This document shows positions 51,664-62,626 of a stretch of 64,000 nucleotides of DNA, in pieces. A program made the translations under genes and the position numbers. Every line of letters starts with the position of its first letter. Positions within the stretch are counted from its first letter, which is position 1. Origin of the DNA: Hyphochytrium catenoides (taxonomy: Eukaryota; Protista; Hyphochytriomycota); assembly GCA_900088475.1 (NCBI GenBank), contig FLMG01001487.1, forward strand, positions 59,453 to 123,452. Direction: 5' to 3'. Under the pieces are notes generated by a model that had not been told where the DNA came from, did not search any database, and saw only the letters and a program-made list of their open reading frames with translations.

Positions 51664-52630
51664 TCAATCCTGATCCTCAGCCCCCATGGGGGGCTCCCAC
51701 TCCTCTTCCGATGATGATTCCTCGGCTTCGGCGCCAAACGCGTAAGGAAAATGCTCTTTGACTACAGTCCAATAGTCTTCTACTTCTTCTGGGATTCTTC
51801 GGGGTCTGAAGAGCAGAATTTTGGCATCCATCAGTGGCCGCACTGTGGCATACTCTTGCCATAGAATGACAGATATTGAGAAACCAGCATGATGAGCTGC
51901 GAGGAAGAGGTTTCTTGTGACTCCTTTTCTGTCTCTCTCGACATAAGAGCATATAAAGCATCCTTCGGTGGCCAAAAGCTGGTGAACAGTAGCGAACAGG
52001 CGGTCGAGGATGACGCGACTGATGGCCGGGTAGACAATATCGGCCCCAAGCACAAAATTTGCTCGTTTGGGGCCTAGAAGCTGACTGATAGCGTCTACAC
52101 GCTCTTGATCGCCCCATTCAAGGAGCAGAGCTTTGCAGTGGGGCTCTAGATGGTTCAATATGACATGGCGCTTCGCTTGGCTCACAATCTCCACATCGCG
52201 GTCGGTTAGAATGGCCCTTGCCCCTAGTGCGGCAACTAGGAGTCCAGGGAGGCCAGTGCCACAGCCCAGCTCGACAACTGCTGGCCTGTCACCTATGCTT
52301 TGCTGGAAGAGTTCACCGTTGCTTGCGATGTACTGGCAGAGTGCATGGGTACCTGGGCGGGACAAAGCATAATCAACAGGGCGATTAGAAAAGGGGGAGC
52401 CGAGAAACTTTCCATCAATGTCTTTTTGGGCGAAACTCAGAAGCGGGAGGAACTTTACCGGGCCAGAGCATCAGACCGGTCTTGTCCGTGAGACCTCCGT
52501 CCTGGATGAGGTAGCCTTGAAAGCTCTCATGGCACTGAATAGAAATGGTAATGCCATCACTTGCTTCACCATTCTCCTCATCCCTTCCCTTTCTGCTTCT
52601 TGGTTTGAAAGAGAAGGTCAGATCCTCCAT
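51664..52630 (-). CDS. Protein-lysine methyltransferase, METTL21/Methyltransf_16 family; two exons (52630-52459, 52352-51664)
   Basis: DKTGLMLWP|GTHALCQYI, VVELGCGTGLPGL, AILTD, LEWG, VLGADIVY. Confidence 0.92.
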
Positions 52631-53409
52631 TTATCAGGTAGGTCTCTGGTCTCTAGGTATGATGAAGAAGGAGACTACGGTTCCAAGCTCTTAACCTCTA
52701 CTAACGACAGCCCACTGACGGGCAGGACATCAGTTCCTGCATACGATTCCATCTCCTCATCATCCGGGCTCAGGTAGGTATGTTAGAGAGGTCTGGGACC
52801 TGGGACAGAGACCGCCATCATCGTTGTCATCGGACGTCACTTCTTCATTGTGAGCCCTCGCTGAAGTCTGGAGTCCTATTCTGAGCCCTTGAGGTTGATG
52901 CCAGCCGAGCCATTGCTGTCTTCTCAAAATCCTTTGCTTCTGTCCGTACAGCTGTACAGTTCGAGTATGTGAAGGTATTGGCTGGCGTTAGCGGTCGTGG
53001 GTTGATTTACTGATTTATATGTTTTATTTACCTCGTACCACTTGTCGGACCACTTCTGGGTGGATGGGGAGACTTCACTGCGATGGGTGGGCGGATTATG
53101 GCAACAGTTATTTAACTATCTTGTGCCATTGATTATCGCAGCTCTGCCATGTGAGGGAATTTCAACCTTTCAAACCACACGAACAACACTTCATCAGCGG
53201 CGTCCGTGGAGTCCTGGATCATCCACGGCGGGCGGCAAGCAGCCGGCCACGCACCATCCATGATATGCATCAATGAATAGCAGCCAGACGACCAGCACAT
53301 TATTACACCGCGCCCAGATTCTTACGCGCGCCGCGCCACCTTCTGCCATCCTCCGTCGTAATAACCTACTAAACAGCTTCGTACTTCTTCTTCTCGGAAA
53401 CGAAAACAT

Positions 53410-54783
53410 ATGATGATGAGTACTAGCACCATTTCCACTCTTGTGCCTCCTCCAAGAGATGACAATATACCTCCTCCTCGTACGCTACCACCACCCTCTA
53501 CTCCGCGGCTCCTTGTCGCTTCTGATGACGCCCTGAGTGGAACGTGTCTTTCCCCAATACCCTTGCCAACAGAGGAGGATTTATTGATTATCACCACCCC
53601 AGATCCTCCCTCGGGGCCATTCCAGACCTACGAAGAGGCTACGGAAGCCTTGCAAACGTGGGCAAAGAGTCTTGGATTTAGAGTCATTCAAGACTATACA
53701 AAGAAGAGGAAGAAAGACCTCTTTCCCAACCTTTACTCTCAGGTCTATCTGACTTGTGAATGCGCCGGTGCGCCAAAAAAACTTGCACCTGGGTCTCGGA
53801 AGGGATCCAAGAAGACCAACCGCCCTTGGAAGGTCACACTGGTGAGGGAACCGAACGAGGAAGTCTTTAAAGCTCACGTCAGGCGTCCCGAGAATCTTGT
53901 CCACAAGGGGCACCGGCTCCTACAGCCGGCGCTAATGAAGGTGGCGCAGGCGTCAATCCGTGGCTTCACGGAAGATGAGGTCGAACGAGTGGAGATACTG
54001 ACAAGCGCTGGAATCAGCCCACGTTATATTTATAATTTGTTCACCTTGGAGAGAGAGCGCCGGCAAGAGGATACGACCTTTACCATCCAGACAGTGCGAA
54101 ACCTCATCAAGAAGCTCCAAACAGGTAAGAGGAATACACGTCTACCATGCAGATAGTACACCTCATGAAACACGTCCACCCAGATTCTGACAAGAGAAAA
54201 ATGGGAGACATCCAAGCTCTTATTTCCAGTTTTAGAAAGGGGCAGGATCTCAGTCCAGACTTCTACTACGACCTTTATGTAAATGATTACAATGAGGTTG
54301 CTGGAGTTATGTGGATGACCCCCGAAACAGCATCTGGACTATACGGTTTACCACGACTCTATTGGGTTCGACACCACTTTCGGTACGAACATCTACGACA
54401 TGAAATTTGCGGGCCTCACGGCAGTAGATGAAAACGGCAAGACTGTTGTGCTTGCTCAATGTCTACTAATTGATGAGCTCACAGAATCCTTCAGATGGTT
54501 TTTTCGGGCTCTTAAGCGCGCAGTGAAGTCTGACTTACCCCACACTATCCTCACCGACGGAGATAGGGCAATGGCAGCTGCCATTGCCTTAGAATGGCCA
54601 GAGGTCAATCACAGGTGGTGTTCGTGGCATCTGCTCAAGAACTTTGTAAAAAGGTTCTCTGGCTTTCTGGGTCCTGGGTTCAAATAATTCTACAAGGCTT
54701 TCTTAGACCTGATGCATCAGTCCGACAGTCGCTCAATACGCTCAATACCGAAGTTTGATGGTGAGTTTATCAGACTCATCGAC
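53410..54783 (+). mobile_element. Mutator-like (MULE/FAR1-type) transposase pseudogene, frameshifted and 3'-truncated
   Basis: FAR1/WRKY-GCM1-like N-terminus (FQTYEEA..WAKSLGFRV..LTCECAG..SKKTNRPWKV); MULE core FDTTFGTNIYDMKFAGLTAVDENGKTVVLAQCLL..ESFRWFF..TILTDGDRAMAAAI..HRWCSWHLLKN; frame breaks near 54150 and 54330, TAA at 54685-54687. No TIRs or TSD found. Confidence 0.93.
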
Positions 54784-54902
54784 CTGATGCATCAGGTCTA
54801 AGAAAGCCTTGTAGAATTTTTTGAACCCAGGACCCAGAAAACCAGAGACCTCTTTACAAAGTTCTTGAGCAGATGCCACGAACACCAACTGTGATTGACC
54901 TC
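54601..54902. repeat. Inverted repeat: arms 54601-54720 and 54784-54902, 63-bp spacer
   Basis: Reverse complement of 54784-54902 matches 54601-54720 with about 5 differences by manual alignment. Confidence 0.96.
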
Positions 54903-55995
54903 AATCATTTGTGAGAGAGCTCTGGAAGACTTCATTTATGCTTCTGATCTCCTGTTTCCTAGCTCATGCAAGGCTCTTTCTTCTAAGCTGAGGACTTTTT
55001 GAGCCCATTCTTCACCTTCTAGAGCTTCTTGAACATGTCCCGATAGAGCTTACAGCCCTTGCCCTTAGTTTCCTTCCTCTGATATTAGTGCTCTGTCTTC
55101 AGCTTATGGGCCGAGCGCGTAACTAATTGGACAAGGCCTCTTCTTCCTTCCGTTATGTTGCGACTACTGCTGCTGTATCTCTCTCTCATCTCTCTTAATT
55201 TCTTCTCTACAGCGCTGCGATCACTATGTCTAGTCGTCTAGTGGTACAACCACTGGCAGGTCCACACATTGGCTACTGCTACTACCAGTGATGGAATGTT
55301 GACGATGCTGCCTGTTCGACTACGATGGCCGCTAGTACATACTAGGGTGACACCTGAGTCTTCTTGCGATGTCGTCATTCACTGGCGTTACGGACTGCCA
55401 TCATCAGTGGCGGAAGACCAATGGGCTGTCTTCTTGACCTCTATAGCCTCGCAGAGGATCTTGAGTGTCGCCATCCGCCAACGCAATTGAGGTGACCATG
55501 ATGGAAAGATCCCTGCAGGAACCTGCTCCTAGACTAGGATCCACATGAGTACTAAGCTAGTTAGTGCTGATACTTGTTGCAGAGGTCTTCCTATCATAAG
55601 GACCCAGTGCAGTTATGGCGCTTGGTACCAATGATTCCCCAACGTCAAGGTGCCAGTCGATCCTTGTCACCCCAGTCAGTCCATCTCTCACTTCTCTCTT
55701 TCATCAGGCATCGTCCTTAACGACGGCATGTGGGTCATCAACGACGCGCTGTGGGCGTGGGAGTCTTATGCTAGCTTTAGAGTGAGAACAGTTTCTCACA
55801 AAGATGTGTCAGTTTTACGAAAGGTCGCCATAGTCTAAGGTATCAGTCAGCAGCCGAGGAGTCTAAGAACTAGAGCGCTGCCAACCCATGCGGCATCGCT
55901 ATTGGGAGTTATGCAGAAGGTAAATAACTAATGCTTTCGCTGGACGGCTCTTCAGGAGAGCTAAGGTCCCGAGCTCATTCCCAACAGAACCATGG

Positions 55996-57636
55996 CTAGA
56001 GCAGGATCTTATATTTCTCCGTCGAAGGAACCTGATTGACTACCACTCGGCCGTTGAAAGAGAGTGACATGAAGACCCAAGCGTCCATTGCGCTCCATGC
56101 AACGGCGTATACACTGTCCTCGTGTTCCTCGTAGGATTTAACCTTTACATCCGACACATCAAGTTCACTGAAGAATAAGCATGAAAGGAGACGATGGGCG
56201 ATCAGACGAGGCCAGGGAAGTGAGTCCTCAAAAAGTGTCGCACCTGTTCGCCTCCTCCATTTCAAGCAAAGGAGCCGAAGAAATAGAGGAGACTCTCCAA
56301 AGGTTAACCACACTGTCTGATCCGCTGCTTAGAACTAGCTGATCATGAAAGCGATTATATCGGACTGACCACACCCTACGAGAGCATTCTGGACGGTCAC
56401 CATGCTGGCATTATAGAACAAACTGGTGAACCTCCTTACCAATGGGAGTGGCCTTGCATATCCTTGATAGGTCGCTCAGTCTTTCTCATGTCCCAGAAGC
56501 GAATCCTGCAGTCATCCCCACATGTAGCTAGGGCGAAAGGCCGGTTTGGATTGTAGTCAATATCGCGGATGCGCTCGCCATGTGCCTCCTTTATGTTCTG
56601 AGCTTGACTTCGCGAAGATCAGACTCTACAAATAGAACCTTTATCAGTATGTCTTCTTACTTGGATGTCCTTAAGTCATAGGTCCGCAATCCGCTGCCAC
56701 CCGCGATGCAAATCTCTGTAGGGTGATGTGGATTCCATGCCGCTATGCTGGCAAGCTCTCCATCGCCCCAATCTACAGATGAGATCTCCTGCAACTGAAC
56801 TTGAGGGCGAATTACCATGAGAAAGCCAGGTCAAATTCTCAACCTACAGAAAGCTTGTCTCCGGAACTATTTACATCCCACACGCGCAGCTTATTGGCAT
56901 GGAGCGTATAGGCCTTGCCTCCACTAGCGTCAGTGGCAGCGGAAGGGTTCCATCCAACCCTATCGAGACGTAAGACGAACCCACGGCAAGAGGAAACATC
57001 CAGTTGTTAAGCAGAAGCTCATCCCAAAGGCGCTACCGCAATCTCTTCAACTCACGATATACAGCTCTCGAGGCCGTCGGGCAGTGTACTTCTTTGCTCT
57101 AACGCTGCCTCAGAGGGCTCCGCAGAATGGTCAAGTGCAGAGGCATTGTCCAATCCAGGCATGCGCCACAAAGTAGCCTGACGGTGCGATCCATCTGTAA
57201 GGAAAGAGGTCACACCGGTACCTTAAAGACAAGGAGTATTGTCAAGCCTGACCTGCAGTGAAAGCGGTGAAGACTAGGGAACGATTTGTGGGACACGAGC
57301 TCAAACTCCAGATCTCTTTCTCGTGGCGAAAGATCTTCTCCAAGGAAACTTCCGCTCGCTCCTCATCGTAGCGAAGTAAATGAATCTAGAAGACGAGGTC
57401 GGACTGTGATGAGCAGAGGCCAATGATGGAGGTTTTGAGAAACAGACCGAGTTCTTCTGTCTCAGGGCCGTGGTTCCCAAGAGAAATCGATGATGTCCCG
57501 TGTCTCCAACATGAGGAACCAGGCATCTGGCCTGCATGAAAGCGTAAGAAACGACGGGTATCATTCCTGGTAACGATCGTACACCTACACTTTGCTTTGC
57601 ACTGTATATGCTGGCACCTGCCGCGAACAGGGACAT
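55996..57636 (-). CDS. EIPR1: WD40 protein EIPR1/TSSC1; multi-exon
   Basis: QARCL...HRFLLGT N-terminus; [25 protein letters not shown]; GHSHW|[16 protein letters not shown]; C-terminus [45 protein letters not shown]. Confidence 0.92.
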
Positions 57637-58642
57637 GTTCAGCTCTAAAAGCGGGGAGATCACACCATGCAAAGGCTTCTTTGTCGAGTTCGGTTGCGCT
57701 GGGTGACTAGGGCTCCAAGCGGTGAAGAGAGGGATAATTAAGCTCGTTCCATGCTCCCTAGGTAGTCTCTCGTCTCTTAGTGTAGCCTAATGTGAAGCAA
57801 AGGGTATGCGCTACATGCCTCGAACGGGCCAGACCTCCTCTGACTCAACAGCTCCCCCTGGTTCACCAACAGCTGAGAGTCAGCAAGATCAAGGTCACAC
57901 GCTGTAGCTGCTGGAAAGTTAACGGTGGAACCAGTCCCTCTCTGTATCGACTCAAAGGTCGTGCTCCATACAATGGGCCAAGGATCTGCATGTGAGGAGT
58001 GTGGCCTCCTGGTCATTTATCGCCACATGCAAGAGGTAACCCTGTTGTTGAAGCTGCAGCATAACTCACATCCTTTATAGGAGAGGGAGACACACTGAAG
58101 ACTGGAGACTGGAGACCCAAAGATCACGACACAGATCACGATAAGCGGCACGGCAAGGCGCGGGTAACGGCTATGTTGCGGGGACACAATAAGCTGCGCA
58201 CAGGATGATTGTTGACCTAGCAATAGTGGAGGTAGCTACATACTGTCCGACGTCAGTGAGAGACTGACAGAACTTCTAATGTCAAAGCTCCTCACTATCA
58301 GACAACAAGGTGCCAAGCTGTTGGCCTGTATCACCAGCTCCACTCTAGAGAGCTGCTGCACGATTTGAAGCAAGTTCTATCACACGCAACCGCTGCTGTG
58401 CATTGTTAGGTGTCGTCCTGGGCGCTGCTGTTAGTTCGAGTGAAAGGGCTTAGACATGCGACCAGTGCACTCTTTAACAACTTCGGACTCTGGAAAGGCT
58501 CATCTACGTCTAGCGAAACACCAAAGAGCGAGGAGAACTCTGCAGGTCTAGGAAGCCAGCTCCACCAACTCTGCCAAGGTATTAAATCAAGGTCTGGGAA
58601 GTACATTGGCCATAGGGAAGGCGATCCCCTTCTTTGCCTAGG

Positions 58643-60013
58643 ATGGCAGGTGCCTGGCTATCAGTAGCAGCAATGAGGTTCACCACGTTCAGTGGCCTCA
58701 GCGATCCAAGAGCCGTAGGGTCAATGGCTCTCGTCCATCTGAATATCATTGCTTATGCCTTTTGCTTCTGGATGACGCAGCCAGTGATGCCATTCCTCTC
58801 AAAGGCTCTAGGTGCAGACCCAGTGATTTTCGGCTACGTCCAGACCACTTTCTCTTTGTCTCAGTTGATAGGTGGACCACTTATTGGAAGACTGTGCGAT
58901 TCAAGAGGAGCACATTGGGCGCTTGCCCTGTCAAATCTAGCTGGAGCGGCAAGCTACATCCTCCTCGGCCTATCGAGCACCGTCCCAATGCTCTTTTTCA
59001 GTCAAGTTCCCAATCTGCTAATGCATCCAATGCACTCGGCACAAGCATGCGTTACAGAGCTCTCATCTACTGCCACCCGTGCCTCAGCTTTGGGTAGGCT
59101 AAGCCTTAGCTATGGACTGGGAATGGTTCTCGGCTCCCTCTTAGGAGGCGTCTTAAGTCAGTATGTCGGATACCATGGTGTGGCACTCCTGGCGGGAGTG
59201 ATAGCGACATTCTTTGCGGCGCTTGTGGTCGTCTTTGTACCGAATCCTAGGCAATACCTCAGATGGCAAAAGGAAGGACAAGATTTACCCCCTCCATCAA
59301 GCAATGGACAGAATGGAGGGCTGAAGGTCCAGAAAATATTGGAGCTGCTCGCCCTTGGGTCTGTTAGACACTTGGTACTTCTGCAAGTTTTGCTGGGCTT
59401 GGTTTTCTCTGTGTATCGGTCTTCTCTATCCCAAGCTCTGCAGTATCAGTTCCACTTGCAACCCCGAGAGATAGGCTTTACCTTGGCCTTCAGCGGCATA
59501 AATAGTGTTTTTGTGAACACTTTCATCGTGGGACCTGTGACGCAGCGCCTAGGAGAGCAAGCAGCTATTCCAGCCTGTATGGCAGTATTGACCGCATGCT
59601 TGGTCGTCTACTGCTTTGCCTCTTCGTTTATTGAGCTTCTGCTGATAATGGTTCCAATGGGTGCCGCTTCCACTATCTCGTACACTGTGTTCAATAGCCA
59701 GATGACCAAAGCGGTACCCGAAGATGACACTGGAACCAGCATAGGCATCAGTCATGCCATTAGGACCTTCTCGGGCATCTTTGGGCCACCAGTAGGCGGA
59801 TATCTCCTGACAAATGTTGGCTTCCATGGCATTGGAGCATTTTGCGGTTCATTGTCTTTGGCTGCCTTTGTCTACGCTCAAACGGTTTTGCCTCAGCTTT
59901 ACCGAAAAGCAGTAAAGGCGACAATGCATAGTCCTGACAGCGGGGATGAGCATACTAGGCCGAAGAGGGCAGCGCATGCCCGACGTCGATCTCTAAGAAA
60001 AAGAGGCCAATAG
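58643..60013 (+). CDS. Major facilitator superfamily transporter, TetA/SLC22A18-like; single exon
   Basis: About 12 hydrophobic segments, motif A GRLCDSRG, RASALGRLSLSYGLGMVLGSLLGG (motif C-like). Start ATG uncertain (58643, 58673 or 58724). Confidence 0.93.
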   Translation: MAGAWLSVAAMRFTTFSGLSDPRAVGSMALVHLNIIAYAFCFWMTQPVMPFLSKALGADPVIFGYVQTTFSLSQLIGGPLIGRLCDSRGAHWALALSNLAGAASYILLGLSSTVPMLFFSQVPNLLMHPMHSAQACVTELSSTATRASALGRLSLSYGLGMVLGSLLGGVLSQYVGYHGVALLAGVIATFFAALVVVFVPNPRQYLRWQKEGQDLPPPSSNGQNGGLKVQKILELLALGSVRHLVLLQVLLGLVFSVYRSSLSQALQYQFHLQPREIGFTLAFSGINSVFVNTFIVGPVTQRLGEQAAIPACMAVLTACLVVYCFASSFIELLLIMVPMGAASTISYTVFNSQMTKAVPEDDTGTSIGISHAIRTFSGIFGPPVGGYLLTNVGFHGIGAFCGSLSLAAFVYAQTVLPQLYRKAVKATMHSPDSGDEHTRPKRAAHARRRSLRKRGQ

Positions 60014-60473
60014 GGGTAGCAACACTCTTGATCTAGTAAATGCTGACAAATATCTCGTACTGCTGTCCAAACACCTGCACTAAGCTTTCCGCATGTTCAA
60101 AAGTAGGCCTTTCCCTGTTCATTGTGCTTAGCCCTTACCGCCCTTCCTCCTCCGCCATAAGGATCATCGGTGAAGAAGGATCATCATCAGGGCCGCAAGT
60201 CGGTGGACTGTTGTCGTTACAATCAGAATCGACTTCTTGACCTGTAAGACCACACAACACACAACCCTGGACCAAGTCCTGGAGGAGGCCTGAATTGTCT
60301 CAACCCAGATCACAGCAATAGATCACAGCAATAAAATAGTACGAGCTACCCGATAACACGCAACAGAGGCATCGTGTTTCCCTGACAACAGACAGCTCCT
60401 AAAAGCCCAGAAAGGCTCAATCTCCCAATCGTATAGACAGTATGAGACCGCTGCTGGCGACATCTGAGAAAGG

Positions 60474-61094
60474 ATGTCGGCTCTGTATGGGATTGGAGTC
60501 GACCTTGCCTGCAATAGCCGGCTTCTTAGCACTTACCGCCGCTTTGGACCACGCTTTCTGCAACGAGCTTATCATCCGGTCGAGATAACGCAGTTTCATG
60601 CGATACCACGAAGTAGCGAGCAGCAAGCAGCTTTTTTAGCCTCACGGTAGGGTCGGCAGTCTCATTTTTGATTGCTTTGCCAGACTTAACCAGATTCTCT
60701 GCTCAGTTGGGCCGTGAAGGAAGCGACATACAAGGCGTTCGGCAAATGGCGACTACCGTTTCCTGAGATCTGTTATGAACGCATTTTTCAGGAGAGAAAC
60801 TCCAGAACGAATGACCTTAGTCAGAATAGTAATAGTCCGGAGCTACCTCGGCTCATCGTTCACGACGCTGCCATTGGCAAGTATCGGCTGGTGTTCTCTG
60901 GGAGTGTTTTAAGTTTGCAGAAGCATCTCAATATTCAGGTATCTATGCGTTTCCTTCCTTTCGTGCCCACCGTCCTCTGACGTACTAGAGAGCAGGCGGC
61001 CCATGTATCGGTCTCACACGATGGAGATTACACCATTGCGCAGGTTGTTTTAGAGACTCTATGTGGCACTAGGGAGGGCCATGCCAGGTTATGA
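60474..61094 (+). CDS. acpS: Holo-[acyl-carrier-protein] synthase, AcpS-type phosphopantetheinyl transferase; three exons
   Basis: MSALYGIGVDL..RFLQRAYHPVE..FLASR|WAVKEATYKAFG...|AAHVSVSHDGDYTIAQVVLE. Confidence 0.93.
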
Positions 61095-61159
61095 GGTCAT
61101 TTCTCGTCCGGGCCAAGAACTTATGCTTCATCGGCTACAATTCATCCCAGTGACCTGCT

Positions 61160-62626
61160 TCATTGGCTGCAGTAAATTCCAGTGCACCCCAGCCGGTTGA
61201 CGAGAGTGCGATAGTATGATGGGTGGTGCATTGATCGCACTTCATGCTCCAATGTGTACACAACCTGTCCGCGCACAACGAGATGTTTACATCAATTGTT
61301 GTGAAGGAGAGCCACGGCGAGTAGGAGACCAACTAGTAGGTGCCGACCGCGAGTGGGAGCAGTCCATATACCTTCTTGGTCTCTGGGTCAACGATGTTGA
61401 GGGTTCTGAACTGCCGGTGCTCCAGGGCTTCAGACAGAGTTTCACAGCGATCCTTGAAGCTCCGGTTGGTCCATACGATACCGTCCTCCTTCAGTTTATT
61501 ATAGGTCTGTGCAAAACAGAGACGTCTCTTTAAATGCGACATCAAGTCCGCTAAAGATGTACTCTTACCTTGGAGAAGGCAGCGATATAAACGGCGATAT
61601 GATGGCCATCGTACTGTGGTAGAGTCTCATCCTTCTCTCTAAACCGCAACCGCTTCTTAGGACCTACATCCACCTCTATCCACTTCAGCCTAACCTCGGT
61701 GGAATTAGCCAGGGAAGCTGACCACTAATAGACTCAGTGCAGTGATAGACCCACCCATCTTCGCCTCTGAAAGAGCCAGTCCATGCCTCAAAGTAGTGAG
61801 CGTAAAAGGCTGCAATGCTGTCGGATACCCCTCTCGGGCAGTTAAACTCAATGAAAGGGATTCCAAGGTCTCCTACCACTTCCCAATCATTGCGGGAGAA
61901 GATCTGAAGAGAGTAGAGAAGTGAGCCTGCGAATGTGAGTCTTTACAGCGCAGGCACCCAGAGACTCACCTCAAACACGTTCCCGTAAGGGCAACTCACT
62001 TCAAGCGTCTTGACCTCCTTATGTTGCATATTGAGGGATGTGGAATGTCTCCACCCAAATCTGGTACCTTCTAGCAGCTTGCCACGAGAGTGAAGTCGCT
62101 CCATCAAGCTGTCGAGATCGGGTATCACAAGCCCGATCTTCCCACGTAGCACTTGAGACGTTGCTAGGAAAGAGCGCAGATCAGCCGCCTTTACAGTGGA
62201 CTGGCTGATATTATAAGGGTGTACCGAGATCTTCACCTACCACGGGTAGGCAAATGGATCTGCTGTCTACCTATATTGCACCAGCTGTCGAGAGAGCCGA
62301 GAGCTTGCTATAAGTAAAGCAAACTATTCACGTTTGTGCTAGAGAGCCACATTCAGGTTAGTCCCCGCGTGCCCTTACATGTTACTTGTTCCCACCCTGT
62401 CAAAAGGGTCGCGAGTGAGACCTAGGATCTCGAAATAGAAGTTCGCAGCAGCGCCTTGCTCCGTTACCGCCAAGTTGATATGCTCTAGCCATGTGATGTT
62501 GCCCACATCACAAGCCTGTGGGGCAACATAAAATGTCAGCAAAGCAGAGGATTGCTGCTGACAACGAGCGTCATTGACCTCTTCTAAAAACACTGGTGTG
62601 TGCTCCAAGTTCGGTTGGCCAGCCAT
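61160..62626 (-). CDS. Glyoxalase/VOC-fold family protein; multi-exon
   Basis: GNITWLEHINL..AANFYFEILGLTRDPF..NM|, IGRQQIHLP, GKIGLVIPDL, CPYGNVF, IAAFYAHYF, YDGHHIAVYI, QFR..IVDP, LEHEVRSMHHP..RTLVNR; stop TGA at 61160-61162. Confidence 0.8.

Noticed and set aside
54601-54902. Inverted repeat as transposon TIRs or a MITE
   Set aside because: Arms are internal transposase coding sequence, with no TSD seen.
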